A stretch of 51,860 bases of DNA from Aquihabitans sp. (GCA_036263575.1 DATAGR010000794.1:1-51860), one strand, 5' to 3'; shown: positions 28,437 through 36,782, counted from the first letter of the stretch. Made by a program: numbers and translations. The notes: generated by a model from the sequence alone, not told the origin.

Positions 28437-28775
28437 CCACCGACCCGCCGACCGCGCACCTCAGCGCCTTCGACGCCGAGGGCTTCGCCGCCCTCGGCTA
28501 CGACGTCACCCACCGAGGAGCCCACATGACCACCACTCCGACCTTGGCCGAGCGCCTGGAGTCCTACGGCATCACCGAGCCCGAGCGCCGAGCCCGAGAG
28601 CTCGGAGCCCTCGCCGTCGATGCCGTGCTGGACCTCCTCGGCAGGGGCGTCGTCGATCTGCCCTGGCTCGCCGAGGTCGGCTTCGGCACCGAGCCACGCC
28701 AAGCGATCTGCCGCCTGCTGCTCGAGCGGGCGACCTTGACCCTCGACGACATCACCGAGGAGCCCACATGACCAC
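28418..28775 (+). repeat. Three 23-bp repeats CACCGAGGAGCCCACATGACCAC (RBS + start codon)
   Basis: Copies at 28418, 28511, 28753. Confidence 0.9.
28433..28771 (+). CDS. Hypothetical protein (second in-frame start at 28526)
   Basis: Two identical RBS/ATG units in frame. Confidence 0.55.
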   Translation: MTTDPPTAHLSAFDAEGFAALGYDVTHRGAHMTTTPTLAERLESYGITEPERRARELGALAVDAVLDLLGRGVVDLPWLAEVGFGTEPRQAICRLLLERATLTLDDITEEPT

Positions 28776-29457
28776 CGACCTGCCCGCCCTCTTCGACGTC
28801 GGCTACGTCCTCGCCCTCCCCGGCTTCGAGTGCTCCGCCGTCGGCGCCCGACCAACCGACCTCGACGCCATCGACCCGGCCGCCACCCTCGCCGCCTGCG
28901 CCCAGCTCCGACCCGTCGGAGACGTCTCCCGCTGGCTCCTCGGCGACTTCGCCGCCGGCCTCATGGCCACCGTCGGCGAGGCCGAGGCGATCCGCCGCCT
29001 CGCCGTCCAAGGCCACAACCAGGCCGAGTTCGAGAAGGCCGTCAAGCTCGCCCTGGCCGTCCCCCACGGCGTGCGCCGGCCCGGGCTCACCTGGTCCCAC
29101 CACGAGGAGGTCCACCGACTCGACCCGCCTCTCCAGGCGTTCTGGCTCGAGGTGGCCGAGACCGAGGGCCTCTCGGTACGGGAGCTCCGAGCCGCCATCA
29201 AGGCCGACCTGGAAGCCGACCAGCCCGCCCTCGAAGGCACCGAGCGGCTCCCTCACCCACCTGAGACGCTGCTCCGGCGTGCGCTGGCCGACGCCGGCCC
29301 TGACACCCCGGTGCTGTGGCTGCCGAGCGCAGGCGGGCTCTCAGCGGCCCGTGTCGTCGACACGGCGCGCCACGGTGAGCGGGCGGTGGTGGTGGTCGAG
29401 ATCGACGCGGCGCTGCTCGAGCAGCTCCCGGTGACCGAGGCGGGGGAGGCGGCATGA
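28768..29457 (+). CDS. LmbU-like transcriptional regulator
   Basis: SRWLLGDF...RRPGLTWSHHEEV...WLEVAETEGLSVRELR. Confidence 0.65.
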   Translation: MTTDLPALFDVGYVLALPGFECSAVGARPTDLDAIDPAATLAACAQLRPVGDVSRWLLGDFAAGLMATVGEAEAIRRLAVQGHNQAEFEKAVKLALAVPHGVRRPGLTWSHHEEVHRLDPPLQAFWLEVAETEGLSVRELRAAIKADLEADQPALEGTERLPHPPETLLRRALADAGPDTPVLWLPSAGGLSAARVVDTARHGERAVVVVEIDAALLEQLPVTEAGEAA

Positions 29458-29600
29458 TTCTCACCGATGAGGAGAAGGAGACTGCCAGGACGATCGCCCG
29501 AGTGGCGCGGTTGGCAGGCGTCGACGATGGCACCGCATGGGCGATCGGTCAGGTCGCTGCCGAAGTGCTCCGACCTTCGCCGACCGAGGACCCGACATGA
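29454..29600 (+). CDS. Small hypothetical protein (48 aa)
   Basis: ATGA coupling on both sides. Confidence 0.5.
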   Translation: MILTDEEKETARTIARVARLAGVDDGTAWAIGQVAAEVLRPSPTEDPT

Positions 29601-30271
29601 CCACTAGCCGGACCCGCACCACCACCCCCCTCGGCGAGACCTGCGCCCAGTGCGGCCGGATCCACGAGCGCTGCGCCGGCCACGCCAAGCACTCCAACGA
29701 GGAACGCCACGCCAAGGCCCTCGCCAAGTGGGGCCACGAGCCCTTCCCGTGCATGAAGTGGCACCGCAAGGGCCAGGAGGTCTGCACCGACCACGGCGGC
29801 CGAACCCCGAAGGGCCTGGCCGCCGGCGCCCGTCGCATCGAGCACGCCCAGATCCTCGGCCGCATGGGCGAGCTCATGGCCGAGGCCGGGGCCGAGGTCG
29901 ACGACCTCGACGGCCCCGAGGCGCTCCTCGCCGCCATCCGCCGCACCCGCCGGATGGTCTGGGCGCTGGACGCCATGGTCGGCGACCTCGACTCACCGAC
30001 CACCACCGACCACAACGGCAACGCCGTCCCGCACCCGATCATCGGCCAACATCACAAGTACCTCGCGCTGCTTGGCGGCATGGAGGAGGGGGCGCTCCGC
30101 CTTGGCCTCGACGTCCACCGCCAGCAGCGTCGGGAGGGCGAGCTGGCCACGATCGGCACCATGGTGCGTGAGCTGGTCGCCGGGCTGGGTCGCAGCCTGG
30201 ACGACCCCGAGGTGGTGCCGGTGGTGGATCGGGTGCTGGCGCTCATGGCCGACAACGACGAGGCGGCGTGA
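29597..30271 (+). CDS. Putative terminase small subunit (HGGxxP motif)
   Basis: C...C...VCTDHGGRTP then a helical domain; upstream of the large terminase. Confidence 0.7.
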   Translation: MTTSRTRTTTPLGETCAQCGRIHERCAGHAKHSNEERHAKALAKWGHEPFPCMKWHRKGQEVCTDHGGRTPKGLAAGARRIEHAQILGRMGELMAEAGAEVDDLDGPEALLAAIRRTRRMVWALDAMVGDLDSPTTTDHNGNAVPHPIIGQHHKYLALLGGMEEGALRLGLDVHRQQRREGELATIGTMVRELVAGLGRSLDDPEVVPVVDRVLALMADNDEAA

Positions 30272-31053
30272 TGGGCCTGACCCCGTACTACGACGAGGAC
30301 GGCGTGACGATCTACCACGGCGAGGCGCTGGACATCCTGCGCCAGCTCCCCGACGCGGCGGTCGCCGCCGTTGTCGCTGATCCGCCGTATTCGTCGGGCG
30401 GCGCGTTCCGAGCAGACCGTCAGGCCGACCCTTCAACCAAGTACCGCGGATGGAGCCAGGGCGCGGACGGGGGCAGCGTCGCCCCCAAATCGACGCCAGG
30501 ATCTTTCACCGGTGACTCCCGCGACCAGCGCGGGTACGCCTACTGGTCGGCGCTATGGATGAGTCAGGCATGCCGAGTCTCGTCCGTTGGCGCTCAGTGC
30601 TTCGTGTTCACCGACTGGCGCCAGCTCCCGACCACCACCGACGCCGTGCAGGCAGGCGGCTGGTCGTGGCGCGGGGTGCTCGTCTGGGACAAGGGCGTCG
30701 GTCGACCGATGAAGGGCCGATTCCGCAACCACCTCGAGTACGTCGTCTGGTCCTCGTCCGGGCCGATGCCGTCCCCCGATGACGTCTACCCGTCCACGCT
30801 TTTGCGGCACTCGCCGCCCGGTCACGCCGAGCGGGTGCACGTCACGCAGAAGCCCGAAGGGCTCATCCGCGAGATCCTGTCGGTGGCTCCTCCTGGTCTG
30901 GCCCTCGATCCGTTCATGGGTTCGGGCACGACCCTGCGGGCGGCAAAGGATCTTGGCCGCAAGGTGATCGGCATTGAGCAGGACGAGGCCTATTGCGAGA
31001 TTGCCGCGAGGCGTCTCGCCCAGACTGTCCTCGACTTGGGCGAGGCTTCGTGA
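30268..31053 (+). CDS. Beta-class adenine DNA methyltransferase
   Basis: DPPYSSGG, HVTQKP, DPFMGSGTT. Confidence 0.92.
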   Translation: MMGLTPYYDEDGVTIYHGEALDILRQLPDAAVAAVVADPPYSSGGAFRADRQADPSTKYRGWSQGADGGSVAPKSTPGSFTGDSRDQRGYAYWSALWMSQACRVSSVGAQCFVFTDWRQLPTTTDAVQAGGWSWRGVLVWDKGVGRPMKGRFRNHLEYVVWSSSGPMPSPDDVYPSTLLRHSPPGHAERVHVTQKPEGLIREILSVAPPGLALDPFMGSGTTLRAAKDLGRKVIGIEQDEAYCEIAARRLAQTVLDLGEAS

Positions 31054-32486
31054 AGGGTCTCACGCTCGAGGAGCTCCGGGCCGCCGTCTACCCGCCACCG
31101 CCACCTACCGCCGCCGACGTCTGGGCCGACCTCGGCTGGACCCCCCAACCCAAGCAGGCCCGCGCCGAGGCCCTCGCCGCCGAGGTCAACGAGCTCCTCT
31201 TCGGCGGCTCGGTCGGTGGCGGCAAGTCCGAGTGGCTCCTCCACCACGCCGTGGCCGAGATGCTCCTCCACCCCGGCAACCGCGGACTGATCCTGCGCCG
31301 CACCATGCCCAAGCTCACCCGGTCGCTCCTGCCCCGCGCCGAGGCCCTCCTCGCCGGCATCGCCCGCGCCAACCGCAACGAGCACACCTTCACCTTCGAC
31401 AACGGCTCCGTGCTGGAGTTCGGCCACCTCCAGCACGCCCACTCCGTCACCGACTACCAGGGCGCCGAGTACGGCTTCGTCGGCTTCGAGGAGGTCACCG
31501 AGTTCCTCGAGGAGCAGTGGGACGCCCTGTCTGCCCGTGTCCGGGCCCCGGCCGACGGCATCCGGCCCCACATGGCCGCCACCACCAACCCGGGCGGCGT
31601 CGGCCACCGCTGGGTGAAGCGCCGGTGGGTGAAGCCCAAGCCCGAGGACGTCGCCGCCGGCGGTCCCGTGCCCGGCCCCGGCGAGCTCTGGCAGGCCCAG
31701 CCCCGCGTCGAGGGCGAGGACCCGGTGACACGCGTCTTCGTGCCGTCGATGCTGGAGGACAACCCCGCCCTCCTACGCCGCGACCCCACCTACCGGTCCC
31801 GCATGCTCGCCGGCATCGCCAACCGGGCCGTCCGCCAGGCCGTCGCCTCCGGTGACTGGGACGCCATCGACGCCATCGAGGGCGCCCTCTGGACCTGGCC
31901 GATGATCGACGGGCACCGCTGCTCGCCGGCCTGGACGGGCCCCGGTGCGGGCGCGGGCGGGCTGGTGCGCGTCGTGGTCGGCGTCGATCCGGCCGCCACT
32001 TCCGGTCCCGACGCCGACGAGACCGGCATCGTCGTGGCCGGCAAGGGCGCGGACGGGCGCTTCTACATCCTCGCCGACCGGTCCATCCAGGGCGCCACGC
32101 CTGACGAGTGGGGCCAGCGGGCCGTCAAGGCGTACCGCGACCACGAGGCGGACCGGGTGGTGGCCGAGCGCAACAACGGCGGCGACATGGTCGCCCACGT
32201 CCTGGCCACCGTCGACCGCCACGTCCCGGTGAAGACGGTGTGGGCGTCGCGGGGCAAGGCGATCCGGGCTGAGCCGGTGGCGGCGCTCTACGAGCAGGGC
32301 AAGGTGTCCCACGCCGGGACCTTCCCCGAGCTCGAGGAGCAGCTCACCTCCTGGACGCCCGACTCTGGCGACTCCCCGGACCGGCTGGACGCGTTGGTCT
32401 GGGCGTTGACCGAGCTGGGCGTGGGCGGGCCGCCGCCGGCGATGTCGACGGCCTACGACAACCAGGCGCTCGACGGGGACCGGTAG
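31050..32486 (+). CDS. terL: Terminase large subunit
   Basis: GGSVGGGKS Walker A, GFEEVTEF Walker B, TTNPGG, VGVDPA, SPDRLDALVWA. Confidence 0.95.
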   Translation: MKGLTLEELRAAVYPPPPPTAADVWADLGWTPQPKQARAEALAAEVNELLFGGSVGGGKSEWLLHHAVAEMLLHPGNRGLILRRTMPKLTRSLLPRAEALLAGIARANRNEHTFTFDNGSVLEFGHLQHAHSVTDYQGAEYGFVGFEEVTEFLEEQWDALSARVRAPADGIRPHMAATTNPGGVGHRWVKRRWVKPKPEDVAAGGPVPGPGELWQAQPRVEGEDPVTRVFVPSMLEDNPALLRRDPTYRSRMLAGIANRAVRQAVASGDWDAIDAIEGALWTWPMIDGHRCSPAWTGPGAGAGGLVRVVVGVDPAATSGPDADETGIVVAGKGADGRFYILADRSIQGATPDEWGQRAVKAYRDHEADRVVAERNNGGDMVAHVLATVDRHVPVKTVWASRGKAIRAEPVAALYEQGKVSHAGTFPELEEQLTSWTPDSGDSPDRLDALVWALTELGVGGPPPAMSTAYDNQALDGDR

Positions 32487-32494
32487 TAGTCGCT

Positions 32495-32529
32495 GCATCC
32501 CTGCGAATACACAGCAGTGGGCGCACTGT
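32495..32529 (+). promoter_or_regulatory. Phage promoter GCATCCC-N22-CACTGT upstream of the RAMP-like cassette
   Basis: Same motif and spacing as at 34768, 36939, 37759, 45564, 50808. Confidence 0.65.
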
Positions 32530-32612
32530 GCACGGTGACGACACCGCCCCCGGGATGAGACCCCGAGGGCGGCGGTACGGGCCACCGACATGGCCCAGGA
32601 ACGAAGGTAGCC

Positions 32613-33185
32613 GTGAAGGTCCGCATCTCCATCGAGGGCACCGCCCCGCTGCTGTGCCACAACATCCAGCTCGCCGACCCGCTCAACCCCATCGCCAAGG
32701 CCATGAAGGCCATCTCGGCGAAGCGCAAGAAGACCGAGGACGACCACGAGCAGCTCGCCCGGCTCGAGTTCGAGGGCGGCCTGTACCTGGCTCCCGGTGT
32801 CGGCCCCTACGTGCCGGGCGTGAACATCGAGAAGTCGATCGTCGAGGGCGCACGGATCACCAAGCAGGGCAAGCAGGTCGAGCGCGGCCTGTTCGTCACG
32901 GACAACGAGGTCCCGCTGCTGTACCAAGGCCCCCGGGCTGTCGAGGATCTCTGGGCCGACGTCAACTTCCGGTCGTCGATGGCGGTCAAGGTCGGCCAGG
33001 CTCGGGTGATGCGCACCCGTCCGATCTTCCGATCGTGGGCCCTCGACGTCGACGCCGAGGTCGACCCGGCTCTGCTCGACATGGCCAACCTGTCGGCGAT
33101 CTGCGAGGACGCCGGCCGGATGGTCGGCATCGGCGACTACCGGCCCCGGTTCGGCCGGTTCGACGTCGAGGTCCACGCGCTCTAA
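32613..33185 (+). CDS. Stand-alone RAMP/Cas7-like protein (candidate RNA-guided effector)
   Basis: N-terminal strand KVRISIEGTAPLLCH, PYVPGVNIEKSI, RTRPIF..W, C-terminal Gly-rich loop GRMVGIGDYRPRFGRF; followed by periodic arrays. Confidence 0.7.
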   Translation: MKVRISIEGTAPLLCHNIQLADPLNPIAKAMKAISAKRKKTEDDHEQLARLEFEGGLYLAPGVGPYVPGVNIEKSIVEGARITKQGKQVERGLFVTDNEVPLLYQGPRAVEDLWADVNFRSSMAVKVGQARVMRTRPIFRSWALDVDAEVDPALLDMANLSAICEDAGRMVGIGDYRPRFGRFDVEVHAL

Positions 33186-33188
33186 CCC

Positions 33189-33493
33189 TTGGCTTGGCAG
33201 TTCCCGGCAGCGCTCCGCAGGGCCCGCCATGCTACGGCTAGGCCTGTCATGGCCCGGCAGGGAGGGCGACGAGCAGCCACCCAGGTGCGAGGCCTGGGCG
33301 CCCACGACCACGGCATGACACGCCGAGGCACGACGAGGCTAGGCCAGGTTCGGCAGGGCGTGGTAAGGCGCGACACCGCTTGGCGAGGCATCGAAGGACG
33401 GCTGGCAGCCACCAGGGTTCGAGGCCCTGGCGTCCACGATCGAGACACCGCCGGACCCGGCTAGGCAAGGCGCGTCAAGACAGGGCTCGGATC
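33189..33493 (+). ncRNA. Array of three 5-nt periodic (GGC+NN) tracts separated by two conserved stem-loops; candidate guide RNAs
   Basis: In-phase triplets at 33191-33260, 33312-33391, 33444-33491; repeats at 33264-33307 and 33396-33439. Confidence 0.75.
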
Positions 33494-33517
33494 ATCACTA
33501 CCTACGAAGGAGCACGG

Positions 33518-34081
33518 ATGACCGTGACGTTCGAACCCAAGGGCGAGGTCGCCGAATGGCGACTCGTCTACGACCACCTCGTCGGCCTCAAGGTCGGCGA
33601 CATCATCACCTACGACCGACTCTCCGGCATCCTCGGCCGCGAGTTCCTCCACGGTCGGGGCCCGTTCCACCGGGCCAACCGCGAGCTGCTCGCCACCCAC
33701 CGCCTCGGCCTCGTCAACGTCAAGGGCGTCGGCTATCGCGTCGTCACTGCCGCCGAACACGAGGACGCCGCTCGAGGCCAGCACCGATCCGCTCGACGGC
33801 GGCTGCGTCGAGCCAAAGAGTGGATCGAGCACACCGACCGAGCCGACCTGACCCCGGAGGTGCGATCCCGCTTCGATCAGCTCGAGGAGCATCTCTCCCG
33901 TCAGATCGACTTCACCCGCCGCCTCGACGGTCGACTCAAGAAGGCCGAGCAGGCCATCGCCGAGGTGCGCGAGCAGCAAGCCGACTCGGCCGGCGACGTC
34001 GAGGCTGTCGGGGCGAAGGTCGACCGCCTCATGGAGGCGTTGACCCGTCGAGGCATCGACCTCGACACGGACGCCGCCTGA
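33518..34081 (+). CDS. Accessory protein (winged-helix-like N-terminus, coiled-coil C-terminus)
   Basis: AAGGAG RBS; GDIITYDRL...VNVKGVGYRV; heptad-rich tail. Confidence 0.75.
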   Translation: MTVTFEPKGEVAEWRLVYDHLVGLKVGDIITYDRLSGILGREFLHGRGPFHRANRELLATHRLGLVNVKGVGYRVVTAAEHEDAARGQHRSARRRLRRAKEWIEHTDRADLTPEVRSRFDQLEEHLSRQIDFTRRLDGRLKKAEQAIAEVREQQADSAGDVEAVGAKVDRLMEALTRRGIDLDTDAA

Positions 34082-34087
34082 TTCCTC

Positions 34088-34157
34088 GAGGCTTGACTTG
34101 GTTGGGCCTGGCAGGACGGGGCGAGACCAGACAGTGGCTTGGGCAGAGGTCCGGCGC
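34088..34157 (+). ncRNA. Fourth GGC+NN periodic tract
   Basis: ga GGC tt GAC tt GGT tg GGC ct GGC ag GAC gg GGC ga GAC ca GAC, then three 6-nt steps. Confidence 0.65.
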
Positions 34158-34238
34158 GAGGGGCTACCACCATCGTGTCGGACTTCTGCACTTGGACGCA
34201 TCCGCCGATCGCGCCCGACGATCCCGAAGGTGGCGACC

Positions 34239-34760
34239 ATGGCTGATCCCGAGACCCCAGGCCCGCCCTACCCTCCCACAGACCTCGCCGACAGGCTCTA
34301 CATGATCGGGGTCAACCACCCCACGGGCCGAGCCACCATCCTCGGCGAGCAGGCCGTCAACATCGTGCTGCGCTACATCGACGCGCACAGCGGCCCGGGA
34401 CTTGAGGGGGCCATCGAGGTCATGACCGAGCTAGGCATCCGTGGCACCCGCAACCGGATGGTGTGGCTGACACTCCTCGGCGAGAAGCGGGTCTACGACG
34501 ACATTTCGTGGGATGGACCCGACCAGCCGGAGCCCGAGATGCTGCGTCTCGCCGAGGAGGTCGCCGAAGGGTTGCTCGTCTCCTTGGGGACTGCCATCTC
34601 TTGGCTGGAGGGCGCCGAGCGGCTGGTCCGGTACGACAAGGGTGGAACCATCCCCGTGGGCCCGACCCGCGCCGAGAACCCGACTGACGAGGCCGAGCCG
34701 GTGCAGCGCCTCCAGGTCGGCGAGCGAGTGATCCGACGGGACGAGATCAACGGCCTCTAG
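34239..34760 (+). CDS. Hypothetical protein
   Basis: AAGGTGG RBS; ATG at 34239. Confidence 0.6.
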   Translation: MADPETPGPPYPPTDLADRLYMIGVNHPTGRATILGEQAVNIVLRYIDAHSGPGLEGAIEVMTELGIRGTRNRMVWLTLLGEKRVYDDISWDGPDQPEPEMLRLAEEVAEGLLVSLGTAISWLEGAERLVRYDKGGTIPVGPTRAENPTDEAEPVQRLQVGERVIRRDEINGL

Positions 34761-34767
34761 CCACCCT

Positions 34768-34802
34768 GCATCCCCTCGCCCTGCATCCCCTGCCGCCACC
34801 GT
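34768..34802 (+). promoter_or_regulatory. Promoter GCATCCC-N22-CACCGT; probable leaderless portal mRNA
   Basis: -10 element ends 6 nt before GTG 34809. Confidence 0.65.
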
Positions 34803-34808
34803 CGCCGG

Positions 34809-36782
34809 GTGGCCCGACCCCGAGCGATCACCGTCGACCTGTGGAGTCCGTTGAGCCACAAGGCTCTCGTCGGCGACCCCGACGACGACCCCGGCGTCGG
34901 CGCCCCCACCTGGTGCCCACCGTCAGAGTCCAGGCGCGTCCGGGCCTACCTCGCCCGCGCCGCCTACCTCGGCGGCAACGCCCGGCTCCTCCTGCCCCCG
35001 ACGACCTCCGACAAGGCGATCGCCAACCGCCGCGAGTACGGCGACCCCGCATACATCGTCGACCGCATCGTCGCCGCCGTCCTCGGCGACGGCGCCACCT
35101 GGACAGTCGACGGCGCCGACGAGGACATCCCCGACGAGCCCGACCTCCCACCCACGCCCACCGAGCCCGGCGAGGACGCCACCGACCTCGAGCGCCGGAT
35201 CTTCGACGTCCGCCTCGCCCGCTGGGAGGCGCAGGCCGAGGAGGCCTTCGCCGCCTGGGTCGACGCCTGGGCCACCCAGCCCGCCCTCCGCCAACGCCAG
35301 GACGAACTCCGGGCCTGGGTGACCCGGGCCGGCATCGACGCCGTCGTCCACGAGACCGAGCACGACACGGCCGGTCTCGGCGACTCCGTCGTCGTCCTCT
35401 GGCACCAGGCCGGCGACTGGCCCCGCCCCGAGATCATCCCGCCCGAGGCGTACTTCCCCGTCCGTGGCGAGCACGACGACGGCGCCTTCCCCAGCAAGGT
35501 CCACCTGGCGTGGGAGTTCACCCTCGACGTCGTCGACGGCGGTGTGTGGGTCGAGCGCCGCTTCCTGCGCCGCGTCACCTTCGAGCTCGCCGAGCTGGCC
35601 GAGCTGCGATCGGTCCCGGTCGACGGGACCTTCCGGGCCTGGGCCGGCGCCGACGGCATGCCGGCCGACGCGCCCACCCTCCGCCCCGACGAGGCCGTCG
35701 AGGTCGACCTGGACCGTGGCGCCTTCGTCACCCGCGCCTACCCGTGGGACCGGCCCGCCGAGGACGAGGCCGGCGAGGCCGTCGACCTCACCGAGACCGC
35801 CGAGGACCGCGAGCCGAGCCGCATCGTCTGCCTCTACAGCGACGGCACCTGGGCCCTCGACGACGTCACCACCCGCCTCGACGACCTCGACGAGGCCGCC
35901 GCCGTCTGGCGCCCCTACGGCGAAGGCCTCGCCTACCGTGCCGACTACGGCATCGATTTCCTGCCCGTCCTCCACACGCCGAACACCCCGACCGGCAAGG
36001 AGCACTGGGGCCGGTCGGTCATCGACCTCGTCGTCCAGGTCCTCGACGACCTCGCCGGCGCCGACACGGCCGCCGCCTCGGCGTCGCGGTACCTCAAGGA
36101 CCCGACCGTCGCGCTGGAGGGCGCCGAGCTGCCCGAGGGCCAGGCGCCGATCATGGTGCCGGGTCACATCCTCACCGGGAAGCTCACCCCGCTGGACCTG
36201 TCGCTGGGCCTCGAGAAGCTCATGGATTACCGGGAGTCGCTGCGCGACCGGGCCGCCACCAACGTCTCGCTCCCGGCCGACCTCCTCGGCCGCACCGAGG
36301 ACGGCGGCCCCGAGTCCGGCTTCTCCCGGTTGATCCGCTGGACCCCCTTCGCCCAGACCGTCGGGTCGCTCCGCATGGTCCGCAAGTGGCACCTGTTCGC
36401 CAAGATGGCCCAGCGCATGGCCCAGGTGCAGGGCGTGCTCCCTGCGGGCCCGACGCCGGCCGTGCGGCTCGCCTGGGGCTCGTTCCTGCCGACCGACAAG
36501 GGCGAGACCCTGCGGATGGTGGCCGAGGGTCTCGACGCCCACGCGATCAGCCCGCAGGTGGCGACGACGCTGCTGGTCGCCGCCGGCTTCCCGATCGACG
36601 ACGCCCGGGCCGAGCTGGACCGGATCAAGGCCGCGAACACCGCCGCGGCCCGGGAGGCCGCGGATGCCACCGGGTCCGAGCGCGTCGCTGCCGAGTGGCT
36701 GGGCGTCGAGCTCGACGACGCCGGCCCGGCGCCCGTGCTGGACCTCCCACCCGTTCCACCCACCGAGGACGACGAGACGTGA
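34809..36782 (+). CDS. Portal protein
   Basis: Size and position; GLGDSVVVL, FLPVLHTPN...WGRS, PESG. Confidence 0.8.
   Translation: MARPRAITVDLWSPLSHKALVGDPDDDPGVGAPTWCPPSESRRVRAYLARAAYLGGNARLLLPPTTSDKAIANRREYGDPAYIVDRIVAAVLGDGATWTVDGADEDIPDEPDLPPTPTEPGEDATDLERRIFDVRLARWEAQAEEAFAAWVDAWATQPALRQRQDELRAWVTRAGIDAVVHETEHDTAGLGDSVVVLWHQAGDWPRPEIIPPEAYFPVRGEHDDGAFPSKVHLAWEFTLDVVDGGVWVERRFLRRVTFELAELAELRSVPVDGTFRAWAGADGMPADAPTLRPDEAVEVDLDRGAFVTRAYPWDRPAEDEAGEAVDLTETAEDREPSRIVCLYSDGTWALDDVTTRLDDLDEAAAVWRPYGEGLAYRADYGIDFLPVLHTPNTPTGKEHWGRSVIDLVVQVLDDLAGADTAAASASRYLKDPTVALEGAELPEGQAPIMVPGHILTGKLTPLDLSLGLEKLMDYRESLRDRAATNVSLPADLLGRTEDGGPESGFSRLIRWTPFAQTVGSLRMVRKWHLFAKMAQRMAQVQGVLPAGPTPAVRLAWGSFLPTDKGETLRMVAEGLDAHAISPQVATTLLVAAGFPIDDARAELDRIKAANTAAAREAADATGSERVAAEWLGVELDDAGPAPVLDLPPVPPTEDDET

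Noticed and set aside
33264-33439. True tRNA genes
   Set aside because: No D-arm or anticodon arm; only acceptor-like and T-arm-like parts.
33189-33464. 91-aa ORF (and antisense ORFs) over the periodic array
   Set aside because: The Arg/Gly/Ala-rich translation is a by-product of period-5 GGC repeats; there is no RBS, and covarying stems favour an RNA function.
33189-33493. Canonical CRISPR array
   Set aside because: Only two imperfect 44-nt repeats, long internally periodic intervals, and no cas1/cas2.
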